A stretch of DNA of 64,000 nucleotides. Origin: an uncultured Acidobacteriota bacterium (lineage in GTDB: Bacteria; Acidobacteriota; Thermoanaerobaculia; Multivoradales; UBA5704). Where the stretch lies: contig OY969474.1 of the NCBI GenBank assembly GCA_963700145.1, positions 4,512,001-4,576,000 of the forward strand. Reading direction: 5' to 3'. Numbering within the stretch: position 1 is the stretch's first letter; every line of letters starts with the position of its first letter. Under the pieces are notes generated by a model. That model made no database searches and had not been told where the DNA came from. It saw only the letters and a list, made by a program, of their open reading frames with translations. Positions 9,712 to 19,891 of the stretch are shown here, piece after piece. A program made the translations under genes and the position numbers.

Positions 9712-10877
9712 AATACTGCCTCGGGAACGAGGTGCGAGAGCGGGACGCGGGGAAACACCTCGAGCTCGCCGCCAACAGTGGCGTTCCAGACGCCACCGCC
9801 GGCCGCCTCAAAAGCGCCTCTGGCGCATTCGTACGCAGCCTCGACTCGAGCGCGCTGCGGTTGATGGTAGCGCCTCCCTTTGCCGAAGTACTCCGGGTCG
9901 AAGTGATTCGTGTCAGGCCCTTCAGCTACCACCACTGATTCGAGTGTCGCTCCGTGGTGAGCCGGATAGGTGCCGTCGACGCCAACCAGATAGACAGCTC
10001 TCGCGCCAGCGAAGTACGCGAGCTGGAGCAAGAGGTATGTTACGGACCAGCCTGTGAAGACTTCACTGGCGATGTCCACGGAGAACTGCGGATAGGGCGC
10101 GTAGGAGCGGATGACAGGAAGGTATGCGTCGCCAAGAAGGCGATCGCGTTGATCCCACGGGAAGAATTTAATCGCGCCTTCATAGGCCTGAATCTCCCGC
10201 TGCCTGTCCTCGGCGACGAGCCTGTCTTCGACGACATAAAAAGTCGGCCTGAAGAAGTAGCTGCGGTCAAGGAGAAATAGACCATTGCTTCCAAGCGTGA
10301 ACTCGCCAGCGAGAGCGCGGAGATTGGTACCCCGGAGACTAGGGCCGTTCCCGATGACGAAAGCCCGCCGACCCTGGAAGCGATTACGCCAGCATTGGAG
10401 TCGGCCTCTATTGGAGAGCAAGCTGGCGACCTCCGGGTCGGTGCGGACGTCCCCCAAATCAAGAGAGATCAGCAGTTCTTCCGGACCCCCGATAGCCAAC
10501 AAGGGCTCGGGCGGGTTTTCAGAGAGCAGCTTCGGGGTTCGTCGAACTGCAAAAGGCGTCGAGTAGGTTAGCGGCACGCACGAACTCTCGGTGTCGAGTG
10601 ATTCGAGGAACTCCGTCGCCCCTCCCACCTGGCTTTCGCGAAAGGCCTCATAGAGGCTCTCCTCCAAGCGAACGCGCCAGCCTTGCGGGAGGAAGAAGCG
10701 AAGATTGGCGCCGCGATGAGTGCGTCGCCGAAGGGATCTGATAGCGAGAACGGCGCTGCAGAGGTCTTCCCATGGGCAGGTTGGTGAGACGAAGACATCA
10801 GACGGGAGGGCTGGTGAGCTGGCGGCGCGCGATGGGGAGGCGCCGGCAGGTGTCGAACTAGTGGGCGGAGCGCTCAT
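9708..10877 (-). CDS. DUF115/Maf-like (MptE-like domain) putative nonulosonate glycosyltransferase
   Basis: RAFVIGNGPSL..TLGSN, SVTYLLLQLAYFAG..YLVGVD, NHFDPEYFG and NATVGGELEVFPRV motifs. Confidence 0.75.
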   Translation of the reverse strand: MSAPPTSSTPAGASPSRAASSPALPSDVFVSPTCPWEDLCSAVLAIRSLRRRTHRGANLRFFLPQGWRVRLEESLYEAFRESQVGGATEFLESLDTESSCVPLTYSTPFAVRRTPKLLSENPPEPLLAIGGPEELLISLDLGDVRTDPEVASLLSNRGRLQCWRNRFQGRRAFVIGNGPSLRGTNLRALAGEFTLGSNGLFLLDRSYFFRPTFYVVEDRLVAEDRQREIQAYEGAIKFFPWDQRDRLLGDAYLPVIRSYAPYPQFSVDIASEVFTGWSVTYLLLQLAYFAGARAVYLVGVDGTYPAHHGATLESVVVAEGPDTNHFDPEYFGKGRRYHQPQRARVEAAYECARGAFEAAGGGVWNATVGGELEVFPRVPLSHLVPEAVL

Positions 10878-11739
10878 GCCAGTCCCTTAGTGTTGTGCAA
10901 ACCTGAATTCGCTCGGGTGGAACAACTGTTCCCCAGAACGTTCTGTCGCCCTCGAACCAATCCGCTTCGAGGCCAGCGATGTCGCCGGCGTAACGAGCCG
11001 ACAGCTCGCGCAAGCGCTGAAGCTTCTCTGTCCACGGCGCATTGGCGGGATAGCCTGGTTCGACGAGGTGATCGGCCTGGTTTCGCCATTTTGTGAGGAG
11101 TGAGAGTGGCGTGTCGCGCCTCTCGAAGTGAAGCAGGCACGCCAGTGTTGCGGGCAGAGGTACGGGGGACTGAGCCGAACCAGCGAAGAATGCTGGACTA
11201 TTCTCCCTGCGAAAGTAGTGGCCACCAACTACGACTGCGATTCCATCGTGAGTTCGGCAGAAGCTCTTGCGGAAGTGGCCTTCCTGTTCCCAGGAGCGCT
11301 CCGGCCATGGCTCGAAGAAGCGTACAGTCTCAAAGACGGACTGCCCGCTCGACCTCAGAGACGGTAGGGCGTTCAGCCACCCAATGGAGGCATAGGAGAT
11401 GCCGCCGCGCTCGAGGGCGTCTAGGAAATCAGGGAGCGGTCTGGAGAGACGGAGAAACTCGTCTGCATCCAGCGGGAAGAGCCACTCTGGGTTCCAGATG
11501 TCAACCGCGAGGTTGAGTGCGCGATTGGCATACTCCTCGTGGTCGAAGGCCAGGGCAGGTTCATAGAGCACCTTAACCCGCGCGTCCTGAGCGATGTCCG
11601 CCAGGATCGCCGAGGTCCCGTCAGTGGAGGCGTGGTCGACTATTACCAAGCCCTCGATCCCCAACTCGAGGTGCCACCTAACGTTCGCCTCGATAAGGGG
11701 GAGTTCGTCACGCACGACCATGAAAGCACAGGATCTCAT
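10858..11739 (-). CDS. Glycosyltransferase family 2 (Glyco_tranf_2_4-like)
   Basis: MVVRDE..WHLELG..IVDHASTDGT and WLFPLDADEF (DxD) motifs. Confidence 0.8.
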   Translation of the reverse strand: MRSCAFMVVRDELPLIEANVRWHLELGIEGLVIVDHASTDGTSAILADIAQDARVKVLYEPALAFDHEEYANRALNLAVDIWNPEWLFPLDADEFLRLSRPLPDFLDALERGGISYASIGWLNALPSLRSSGQSVFETVRFFEPWPERSWEQEGHFRKSFCRTHDGIAVVVGGHYFRRENSPAFFAGSAQSPVPLPATLACLLHFERRDTPLSLLTKWRNQADHLVEPGYPANAPWTEKLQRLRELSARYAGDIAGLEADWFEGDRTFWGTVVPPERIQVCTTLRDWHERSAH

Positions 11740-11743
11740 CTAC

Positions 11744-12556
11744 TCACCGCCCGTCGGCGCGCCAAGGTGGGGGCTCTGCGTTCAAGCCGCTCACTGCTGC
11801 GATCTCTGGAAGAAAGCGCCAGAAGGCTGGGTGTTGGGGGTACGTGGCGTGTAGGGCCTTGATGCCGGCCAGCGTCTCGACCGGGGTTGAGTTGAGAGGA
11901 CAAACAACTCTGTAGTGTGCGGGATCGAGGAGCATTACCTCGGAACGGCGACAGTATGCCTGAAGGAGAAGTGCCACTGCCCCTTGTTCGTCGTGGTAGA
12001 GATACCCCTCACTTTCTGCCCGTGAAATCCAGGCGTTGTAGAGGGCCCACAGATCTATCGAGATGTCTACGCCAGCCCTTTGGCCGACAATGCCGGCGTT
12101 TATCGGGACGAAGGGAGTAGGAAGCTGAGGGCCAAACGTCCCATAGGGCCAGAGTGCGACGAACTCCTCCTGCGCGGCGAGAAGAAGGTGGGGAGACGAT
12201 GTGCGGAGAAAAGAGCGCAGCTCGTGTGGCTCGCTAACAAGAAATACATCCGCATCCAGATGCACTTCCGCCAGGCTCGCGTCCAGACGCCCGCACGGCG
12301 CCCACTTCATCCACGTGCTGCGCGAATCGCAAAACTGTCGTTGAGAATGACTGGAGTAGTCGCGCACAAGAGCGGGAGCGAGGAGATTGGCTTCGACGGC
12401 AGCGGCGTTGTCCGTATGGACAACGCAAGTCGCCTTGTCCTTGAAGAAGGCCCTAACTGTGCCGATACTGTGGGAGAGCATGAAGACGGATTCGGGCGTC
12501 GGGTTCCACAACGACCACCGGAAGAGCACCGAAGGTGTCGCCACTGTGTCGCTCAA
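11744..12556 (-). CDS. Putative GT-A fold nucleotide-sugar transferase
   Basis: VVHTDN, WMKW, VHLDADVFL (DxD), INAGIVG and DEQG motifs; sits inside the GT operon. Confidence 0.6.
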   Translation of the reverse strand: MSDTVATPSVLFRWSLWNPTPESVFMLSHSIGTVRAFFKDKATCVVHTDNAAAVEANLLAPALVRDYSSHSQRQFCDSRSTWMKWAPCGRLDASLAEVHLDADVFLVSEPHELRSFLRTSSPHLLLAAQEEFVALWPYGTFGPQLPTPFVPINAGIVGQRAGVDISIDLWALYNAWISRAESEGYLYHDEQGAVALLLQAYCRRSEVMLLDPAHYRVVCPLNSTPVETLAGIKALHATYPQHPAFWRFLPEIAAVSGLNAEPPPWRADGR

Positions 12557-13998
12557 GCGGGCGGCTCCTCATTCGCGGGTGTCCTGAGAAGATGGCCATC
12601 GCGCACCCAGCGGCCGAGCTGCTCGTCGTCTATTCCCGCGGCCAGTAGTTCTGCGACACAAACGGGTGTGGAATGCCGAGACAGGACATCGAGCAATCGG
12701 GAATCCCTGCAGTACCCGTACTCGTAGTCGTTGTAGTAGCCGGCCTGAGAGTACTCGCACCACGGTGGCGTGAGGAGCAGGTCACTTGATGAGTTGGCGC
12801 GGACGGGTAGTTCGAGAGCCGCGGGTGTTCGCGTGGCCGTGGTGATGGTATTGGCGTACCCCTCGACCATCTGACGCAGAGAATAGTGCCGTGAAACATA
12901 GTCACGAACATCGGCTCGCTGTTGCCTAGGTGAAAGCAAATGCCCAGCCAGCACTTCGGCAGTTTGGTCTAGGCGACCGTAAGGAATCTTGGAGACCAGC
13001 TCGTCGGGGAGAATGTCGCGCTGAGCGCCCACGCGCGACACAATTGCTGGCGTCCCGCAGAGCTCCGACTCGACCGCGACGTTTCCGAAGGATTCAATGA
13101 AGTTGCCAATGGAAAGAGTGGCCCGGCCCAGCGAGTAGTAGGCAGGCATCAAATCGGGCGCCAGCCAAGGATGCAAAACAAGAAGGTCTGGCATCCCGAG
13201 CGCGGCGGCCTGCTCCTCTGCGTCCTTGTAGAGCCCCTGATAGACATGGCTGCTGCCAGGAGCAATGGCAGAGTCCATCCAGATCGGGACTGCCAGTCGC
13301 ACTCGCCGCATCGCACTCTCGGGCAGGTAGCTCTTGCAGAGGGAGAGTGTGGCAATGGCTTCGGTGAGGCCCTTGCGCGGGTCGGGGCGGTGGGGATGAA
13401 GGACCAGCAACTCGTCCCCACGAAGTCGCAGCGCGCGCCGAACGGGTTCAGGCTCGGTAGGTCGAAGGTCGTCGAGGTCAAAGCCGTTCGGGACGACAGA
13501 TACGTTCGATGGCGCTAGTTTCCGGAAGTCGGCGAAGATCGCTGTCACACATGCCCGGAGATAGGTGGAGGGCAGAACTAGATGGTCACGGCGGAAACCG
13601 AAGGCGCCCCCAAGCGTGTCTGGATAAACAAAGTCTTGAAGTGCGATGACGGCGGGGATGTCTTCATAGAGGAAATGAAACAGCAGCTCTCCGTCGTGAA
13701 CATAGAGAACGTCAGCGCGATCCAGAGCGCGCCTGAGTGTTGTGATGACATCGCGAAGTCGGTAGACCGCAGTGTAGTAGGGCTCCGGGTATGTCTGCTT
13801 GAAGCCGAGGACTGGGTGAACTTCGACCAGCGGATGGAGCTTGAAAGGGGCGCTGTTGTCGGTACGCCGTGTGCAGAAGACGGTGCACTCATGCCCACCG
13901 TCGCCTAGATGGCGCAAGACGGCTCCAAGTGTCTTCTGGGAACCACCGTGAACGAGAGCAGGGAAGATTGGGCCCAAGGAGAAGACGACTATGCGCAT
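12553..13998 (-). CDS. Glycosyltransferase family 4
   Basis: HGGSQK, VVPNGFD, RPDPRKG and ESFGNVAVESELCGTPAIVSRVG (EX7E motif). Confidence 0.85.
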   Translation of the reverse strand: MRIVVFSLGPIFPALVHGGSQKTLGAVLRHLGDGGHECTVFCTRRTDNSAPFKLHPLVEVHPVLGFKQTYPEPYYTAVYRLRDVITTLRRALDRADVLYVHDGELLFHFLYEDIPAVIALQDFVYPDTLGGAFGFRRDHLVLPSTYLRACVTAIFADFRKLAPSNVSVVPNGFDLDDLRPTEPEPVRRALRLRGDELLVLHPHRPDPRKGLTEAIATLSLCKSYLPESAMRRVRLAVPIWMDSAIAPGSSHVYQGLYKDAEEQAAALGMPDLLVLHPWLAPDLMPAYYSLGRATLSIGNFIESFGNVAVESELCGTPAIVSRVGAQRDILPDELVSKIPYGRLDQTAEVLAGHLLSPRQQRADVRDYVSRHYSLRQMVEGYANTITTATRTPAALELPVRANSSSDLLLTPPWCEYSQAGYYNDYEYGYCRDSRLLDVLSRHSTPVCVAELLAAGIDDEQLGRWVRDGHLLRTPANEEPPA

Positions 13999-14375
13999 TG
14001 ATGAGAACTCAGGCTGGGCTCTGCATTTCTAGCCGGTGGGACAACCGGGGGGCCATGGGGTGCGAGGCAAAGATGCGCCCCTGGCTGTGTGTCGAGCGGA
14101 AGCTGCCCGAGTCGGCAGCGCAATAGGACGGCGATCTGGTTAGGGTTTGCACCATTTCGCGTGACCGGTAGTGGCGAGTGGAGCTGATCAGGGCGCGGGC
14201 TGCCGAGTCTCAACCGGTCCCTACACTTCTCGCGAGCCAGGGACCCCAAGGGTACCGACGCGCCGAAATGTGCCCGTTTCAGCTTTCATTGATTATAGAA
14301 GAAGGTCTGCGCGTCGGAATCACGCCACTGATGAACGCCACGGGACCAAGTCGAGAGGATGTCTGCTAGTTCGCC

Positions 14376-14535
14376 CTCTCCCGGCCCGGTGTCGTCCATC
14401 GGCGCCCCACATTCGATTCCGCTGCTCGCGGCCCGCAAGGCCGAGCCCTTCGGGTGGCCTGCGGCCAGCCTTGTCGCGCCGCTGCGCGGCTACATCTCGG
14501 GTGGGCATGCGCCGAACGACACCCAACCGCGAGAG
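14376..14535 (+). promoter_or_regulatory. Long branched hairpin, putative ssDNA (Frpo-like) promoter upstream of radC
   Basis: CAAGGC(14436)...GCCTTG(14468-14473) stem closes two small hairpins; the outer arms ggtgtcgt..cggcgc..cccac and gtggg..gcgccg..acgacacc pair. Confidence 0.55.
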
Positions 14536-15040
14536 CCGAGACCCCCAGCCCCAGAACCGCCTCAACTTCGTCGAGCCCGGTGAGCCGGGCTTCGAGCCGG
14601 AGACCATCGCCCGCTACCGCGTAGCCCTGGTCCGAGAAGAGGCCACCCCGTACGAGTCGCCCGAGCACTGCGGCGACCCCGCAGCAGCCGCCAGATTCCT
14701 CCACACCATCCTGTCGTCCTGGGACCGCGAGGTCATGGGCGCGCTGTTCCTCGACACGCGCAACCGCGCGATCGGCCATCAGCTCGCCTACATCGGGACG
14801 CTGACCCGCGCCGCCGTCGAGCCTCGCGGCATCCTGACCGCCGCGCTGCTCTCGAACGCCGCCGGCATACTTCTATTCCACAACCACCCAAGTGGGGACC
14901 CCTCGCCCAGTGCCGAGGATCTCGCCTTCACCCGCCGGATGGCGGAGGCGGGGGAGGTCGTTGGGGTCCGGGTCCTCGACCACATCATCATCGGAGAAGC
15001 CCCAGCCTTCGTCTCGCTCCGTCAGCGCGGAGCCTTCTGA
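14507..15040 (+). CDS. radC: RadC-like JAB domain protein
   Basis: DREVMGALFLDTRNR and FHNHPSGDPSPSAED..VLDHIIIG JAB motif; start codon uncertain. Confidence 0.9.
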   Translation: MRRTTPNRESRDPQPQNRLNFVEPGEPGFEPETIARYRVALVREEATPYESPEHCGDPAAAARFLHTILSSWDREVMGALFLDTRNRAIGHQLAYIGTLTRAAVEPRGILTAALLSNAAGILLFHNHPSGDPSPSAEDLAFTRRMAEAGEVVGVRVLDHIIIGEAPAFVSLRQRGAF

Positions 15041-15196
15041 CTCCGCAGCGCAACGGCGCCCAACGAGCTGAACCGTAGCCGCGAGAGTGGCTGAAGGCGC
15101 CGCCCGCGGCGACTCCAGGCCGAGCGAGCAGCGCGCCAGCTGAAGACCGCTGTCACGCCGCTCGCGGACTCCCGTTGCGCCCCTCCGCCCTCGCTC

Positions 15197-15233
15197 CGCG
15201 CGAGCCCCTCGTTTCCTCCGGGGCGTCGTGCTC
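15197..15233 (+). repeat. 37-nt direct repeat, copy 1 (copy 2 at 20939-20975)
   Basis: cgcgcgagcccctcgt[t/c]tcctccggggcgtcgtgctc, 1 mismatch; ccgctgtcacgcc is also shared (15147-15159 and 20889-20901). Confidence 0.85.
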
Positions 15234-15273
15234 ACCAGGGCTGCTCACGGTAGAAGCACCTTAGTCCCACCCA

Positions 15274-15428
15274 CCTCCCGGCATCGCCGCCCCCGTCAGC
15301 GCGCGCAGCGTCGCACGGCCTGCGCGAGGCGCAAGGCAACCCTGCGGGCAGCGCTACGCGCTGGCCTTGCGCCTCGCGCCTCACGGCCGCCCGTCTTGGC
15401 GCTCGACGGCGACAGCGACACCGGGAGG
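15274..15428 (+). promoter_or_regulatory. Long branched hairpin, putative ssDNA (Frpo-like) promoter; outer stem includes the RBS
   Basis: Perfect 15-bp IR gcgcgaggcgcaagg (15322-15336) / ccttgcgcctcgcgc (15365-15379) with two internal hairpins; cctcccgg pairs with ccgggagg (15421-15428). Confidence 0.6.
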
Positions 15429-15432
15429 CGCG

Positions 15433-16197
15433 ATGCACTTTCCATATCTCACGATTGGCAAGAAGGATGATCCGAAGGGGCGGACGTTCACCGTCCACTG
15501 CGTGGCCTCGATCCAGGCGACGGGGCTGTGCCCGCCCGCTGGGAACGGGACGGTGCGACCGGTGCTCCTGGCCTACGCCGGGAGCTCGAGCGCGGTGCGG
15601 GCCTTCACCGCCAACCTGCGGGCCGGCCTTGCCGCGGCGACCACCGACCGGCGCTTCGAGCTGCTGCGCTCGCTCGGCTACAAGTACCAGCTGACCTCGC
15701 CGGCGACCGGGCAGACGCTCGCCGTCGCCTACCTGCCCGATTTCTTCCACCTCCAGCCAGGGGTCCAGGAGCACGACGCCCTGCGGTTCATCAGCGCGCC
15801 GCCCCGTTGGTGGCTCGACCGCCAGGAGGAGCTGCTGGCTCCCGAGTTCGGCTCCCTCGCACGCGACCACGCTCTCGCGATGGCCTTCGTCGCGCGCTTG
15901 GACGCGCGCACGCCGCTGCCCATCGCGAACGACCCGGAGTTCCACCACGGGCTCTTCGGGATGGCGCTGGAGGAGCCCTGGACCGAAACCGGCGACAACC
16001 GCCAGGCCTTCACGTTCGACGGCATTGAAGCCCTCGGCCTTGCCGCACCGGTCCTCTGCGACGTGCCGAAGCGGGCCTTCGCCGACTTCCTGGCGTGCGC
16101 GACCGCGAAGCTCCTGCCGCGGCATCTGGCTCCCGCTCTCCGACCACCCATCCCGAGCTTCGCGTCCCAGCTCGTTTTCAACTTCCTGACTGCCTAA
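15433..16197 (+). CDS. Hypothetical protein of the element backbone
   Basis: ATG 15433 preceded by GGGAGG; GC3-rich codons; lies 16 nt upstream of the methyltransferase-helicase. Confidence 0.7.
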   Translation: MHFPYLTIGKKDDPKGRTFTVHCVASIQATGLCPPAGNGTVRPVLLAYAGSSSAVRAFTANLRAGLAAATTDRRFELLRSLGYKYQLTSPATGQTLAVAYLPDFFHLQPGVQEHDALRFISAPPRWWLDRQEELLAPEFGSLARDHALAMAFVARLDARTPLPIANDPEFHHGLFGMALEEPWTETGDNRQAFTFDGIEALGLAAPVLCDVPKRAFADFLACATAKLLPRHLAPALRPPIPSFASQLVFNFLTA

Positions 16198-16213
16198 GAG
16201 AGGAGACCGCTTC

Positions 16214-19200
16214 ATGGCACGCCCCGAGTCCCAGGCCATCGCTGGCTACTTTCCCACCCCGGAACACCTCGTTCCGGCGATCGCGTCCCTCGTCGCGCTC
16301 GAGCGCGAACGGTACGACCGACCGGTCTTCTTCGACCCCTGCGCGGGGACCGGCTCCGCGCTCGTGGCGCTTACCGCCGCGGTCCTCGACGTCGCGCCCG
16401 CAGAGGCAGCCCGCTACTGCCAGGCGATCGAGCTCGAAGCGACCCGCGCCGAGGCCCTGAGCCGGCGCCTGCCGCACGGCGGCGCACGGAGCGGTGACGC
16501 GCTGACCTTCGGCATCGCTGCGAGCCCGGGGGCGTCCGTCCTCTTTCTCAATCCACCGTACGACACGGACCGCGAGCACCGACGCCTCGAGCAACGCTTT
16601 CTCGCGCGCTTCACCGACGCGCTCGCCCCGGGCGGGGCGCTCCTCTTCGTCGTCCCCCACACCGCGCTCGCGGCATCGGCCGAGCATCTCGCCTCGCGCT
16701 ACACCAATGTCCAGGCCTGGCGATTCCCGGATCCCGACTTCGCTGCCTTCAAGCAGGTCGTCGTCGTGGCCGAGCGTCGGTGCGAGTCGGTGCCGCCGGA
16801 TCGCATGACTCTCCAGAGACTCCGCGCCGCGGCCGAGACCGCGAGCGCTCTTCCGGTGCTTCAGGGCGGAGAAGGGTCGGCCGCAGTCACCGTGCGCCTG
16901 CCGCATGCGCATCTCACCCTCCACGCGCAAGCCCTCGACGTCGAAGACCTGCTCTCGCACGCCCAGCTATTCGCGCCGAGCGCCTCTCTGATGGGCTTCG
17001 ATCGCGAGGCCCGCCAGCTCCTGGGGTCGCCGCTTCCGGTCGCGCTCCCGCCGCGCCCCGCGCACATCGCGCTCGCGCTCGCCGCGGGGCTCCTCAACGG
17101 TCGTCGGCTCGCACCGAACGACTCGAGCTGGTTGCCCTACCTCCTGGCCAAGGGCACGTTCACCCGCACTCTCCAGACCGTCGACCAGCGGCGTAACAAG
17201 AAGGGGGAGGTGACCGGCGAGGTCTGCGTGCAGCAGCCCCGTCTCGACCTCCACATCCTCCGGCTGGACACCCTGACGTTCCACCAGTTGGCGCTGGGGA
17301 CCGAGACCTCCGGGGCACCGTCCCTGGACGAGTTCAATACCGCCGACCTCCTCGAGCACTACAGCGAGTCGCTCGTGCGGCTTGTCCGCGAGCAACTCCC
17401 GGCGATGCATGATCCCGACGACCCCGAACACCAGATCGCGCTGCCCAGCCTGGCCCGCCGTCCGTACCGGCGGCAGGCGGCGCTGATCCAAGCGGGTCTA
17501 AAGCTCCTCGCTCTCGGCGAGAACCCTCAGCTCCTGGCCGAGGTTGGCACCGGGAAGTCGACCGTGGCGCTTTCGATCGCCGGTGCCCTCGCGCCCAGCC
17601 GCTTCGCCGCGACGAGGACGGAGCTCGTGCGAGTCGGCCTCACTCCGCGTCGCCTCCGTCCGGTGTCCAGGATGCTGGTCGTCTGCCCACCGCACCTGCT
17701 CCAGAGCTGGACCGATCAGGCACGCGCCGTTCTTCCGGGTGCGCCCGTGCAGATCGTTCAGGCGCCTTCGGACCTCGACCGGCCTGCCGCGATCTACGTC
17801 TTGAGCCGCGAGACCGCCAAGCTCGGATCGAGCATCGCCGGCGTGGCCGGCACGCGCTGCCCCGACTGTGGGCACCCGCTGCCGGAAGGAAGCCCAGAGA
17901 GCTTCGCCGCGCAACGCCTCCGCTGTCAGGGAGAGGTGGTCGTGCCCTCGAATCCGTTCGCGCGCCTGGCACGAGACCTGGGCCTCGTCCTGCAGCGCTC
18001 GCTAACGGGCTCCCTTCGCGAGCGGCTCTTGCCGTACCTGGAAGCTCACCCCGCCGCGCACCGGCGAGCTCTTCAGTTCTACCGTCAGGATTCGCCGACT
18101 GCTCCGATCTCGCCGTCCGGCCGCGTCGCGCTGCAGGCCGCGCTTGCCCAGGTCGCCGAGCTCGTCGAGACCAACTTCCTGCGCCTGTCGAACTGGGAGC
18201 ACCGGTTCTGGGAGCCGTTCCGCGTTGCCGCGCACCTGGCTCTGGTGCTTGATGCGTTCGAGCCGTTCGCCGCTCGCTGTCGCGAGCTGGCGGCCCGCCG
18301 CGTCGCCGAGGCGGTTCCGCGCCTCTACCTTCAGTCGATCGACGAGCTGCTGGAGAAGCAGCTCACGGAGCTCGCGCCATTGGCCGAGCGCCTGCGAGAT
18401 GCCGACTCCGACGAGGATCTCCGCAGCGAGCTCCTCGGCCGCGTGCTCGAGATGCTCCTTTCGGGCGCGACCTGGGCGACGAAGCCCGGTTGCGGCGCCG
18501 CGCTCCACACGACCACGCCCGAACCGCGACGTTACCCGCTGGCGCGGTACATCCTGAGCAAGAAGCGCCGACTGTTCGACCTGGTCATCCTCGACGAGGC
18601 CCACGAGTTCTCGACCAGCGGCAGCGCGCAGCAGAAGGCCGCGCACCGCTTGGCGCAGCTTCCGCGCGTGCCGGTGATCGCCCTGACCGGGAGTCTGATG
18701 GGTGGCTACGCGAGCTCGCTCTTCGCGAACGCCTGGGCGCTCTCGCGGCGGTTCCGGTCGCAATTCGACCTCGACGAGAAGCCCTCGTTCGTCACCCGGT
18801 ATGGGTACCGGAAGCTCCTCGTCACGCCGACCGCGGCCAAGCCGCTTCCTGGCAACCGGAGCTACGGTCGCCAGAGCGATCGCACCGACGGCGACGGCTT
18901 CGAGATTCGCCAGCTCGGCGAGGCGCCAGGGGTCCTACCTCTCTACATCCTGGAGCACATTCTCCCGACCGGTCTGGTGATGCACAAGGGCGATCTCGAC
19001 GAGGAGCTTCCGCCGTGCAGCGAGGAGCCGACCCCGGTGCGCACGTCGCCCGACGACTTCCTCGACGCGAAGCTCCTGGCCGAGTTCAGCCGCCTGCGTG
19101 CCGCGTTGGTCTCCCGGATTCACGCCGATCGGGGCACCGAGCGTGCCGGCCTCCTCTGGGGTGCGATGTCCGAGCTGCCGTCGTATCTCGACCTCGCGAA

Positions 19201-19891
19201 CGAGGAGTGCGGCCCGTTCGTCATCCGGTATCCAGACGAGGCCGGGGGAGAAGAGGTTGCCACCGGAGTCGCCTTCCCCGCGAGTTGGCGTTCGCCTAAG
19301 GAGCGCTGGCTGTTGGCCGAGCTCCGCGTCGAGCTCGACGCTGGCCGGCGGGCGATCGTCTTCCTCCGTCACACCGGCAATCGCGGCTTCCTGCGGCGGC
19401 TTCACCGCCTCATCGCCGAGGACCTCGAGCAGGCGCCCACCTTCCTCGATCCCGCAAAGGTCCCGACCGGCGTGCGCGAGAGCTGGCTCAACGAGGTCAT
19501 CGACGGCGGTTGCCGCGTGCTCCTGGTTCACCCGAAGGCGGTCCAGACGGGCCTCAACAACCTCACCGCGTTCCACACCGCGATCTGGTTCGAGGGTCCG
19601 GACTACGACGCCCGCGTCACGCGGCAGGCGAACGGCCGTCCGCACCGGATCGGGCAGACGGAGCCGGTGCGGCTCATCTACCCCTACTACGCCGACACGC
19701 TCCAGAAGGCCGCCCTCGATCTCGTCGCGCGGAAGATCACCGCGTCGCTGCAGGTCGACGGGCTCTCGCTGGCCGGCGCGCTCGAGGCTGCCGGCGCCCT
19801 CTCGGATGAAGACCGTCTGCACGCCACCGCGGCGCTCGCCATCGGCCAGGCGCTCTACCGCGCGGCGACTGGGGGCGGGGGGTCGCGATGA
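16214..19891 (+). CDS. DUF6094-like DNA methyltransferase fused to an SF2 (SNF2-like) helicase
   Basis: GYFPTP, FDPCAGTG (SAM binding), LFLNPPY (amino-MTase catalytic motif), AEVGTGKST (Walker A), ILDEAHE, LTGS and QANGRPHRIGQ; AGGAG RBS. Confidence 0.85.
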   Translation: MARPESQAIAGYFPTPEHLVPAIASLVALERERYDRPVFFDPCAGTGSALVALTAAVLDVAPAEAARYCQAIELEATRAEALSRRLPHGGARSGDALTFGIAASPGASVLFLNPPYDTDREHRRLEQRFLARFTDALAPGGALLFVVPHTALAASAEHLASRYTNVQAWRFPDPDFAAFKQVVVVAERRCESVPPDRMTLQRLRAAAETASALPVLQGGEGSAAVTVRLPHAHLTLHAQALDVEDLLSHAQLFAPSASLMGFDREARQLLGSPLPVALPPRPAHIALALAAGLLNGRRLAPNDSSWLPYLLAKGTFTRTLQTVDQRRNKKGEVTGEVCVQQPRLDLHILRLDTLTFHQLALGTETSGAPSLDEFNTADLLEHYSESLVRLVREQLPAMHDPDDPEHQIALPSLARRPYRRQAALIQAGLKLLALGENPQLLAEVGTGKSTVALSIAGALAPSRFAATRTELVRVGLTPRRLRPVSRMLVVCPPHLLQSWTDQARAVLPGAPVQIVQAPSDLDRPAAIYVLSRETAKLGSSIAGVAGTRCPDCGHPLPEGSPESFAAQRLRCQGEVVVPSNPFARLARDLGLVLQRSLTGSLRERLLPYLEAHPAAHRRALQFYRQDSPTAPISPSGRVALQAALAQVAELVETNFLRLSNWEHRFWEPFRVAAHLALVLDAFEPFAARCRELAARRVAEAVPRLYLQSIDELLEKQLTELAPLAERLRDADSDEDLRSELLGRVLEMLLSGATWATKPGCGAALHTTTPEPRRYPLARYILSKKRRLFDLVILDEAHEFSTSGSAQQKAAHRLAQLPRVPVIALTGSLMGGYASSLFANAWALSRRFRSQFDLDEKPSFVTRYGYRKLLVTPTAAKPLPGNRSYGRQSDRTDGDGFEIRQLGEAPGVLPLYILEHILPTGLVMHKGDLDEELPPCSEEPTPVRTSPDDFLDAKLLAEFSRLRAALVSRIHADRGTERAGLLWGAMSELPSYLDLANEECGPFVIRYPDEAGGEEVATGVAFPASWRSPKERWLLAELRVELDAGRRAIVFLRHTGNRGFLRRLHRLIAEDLEQAPTFLDPAKVPTGVRESWLNEVIDGGCRVLLVHPKAVQTGLNNLTAFHTAIWFEGPDYDARVTRQANGRPHRIGQTEPVRLIYPYYADTLQKAALDLVARKITASLQVDGLSLAGALEAAGALSDEDRLHATAALAIGQALYRAATGGGGSR

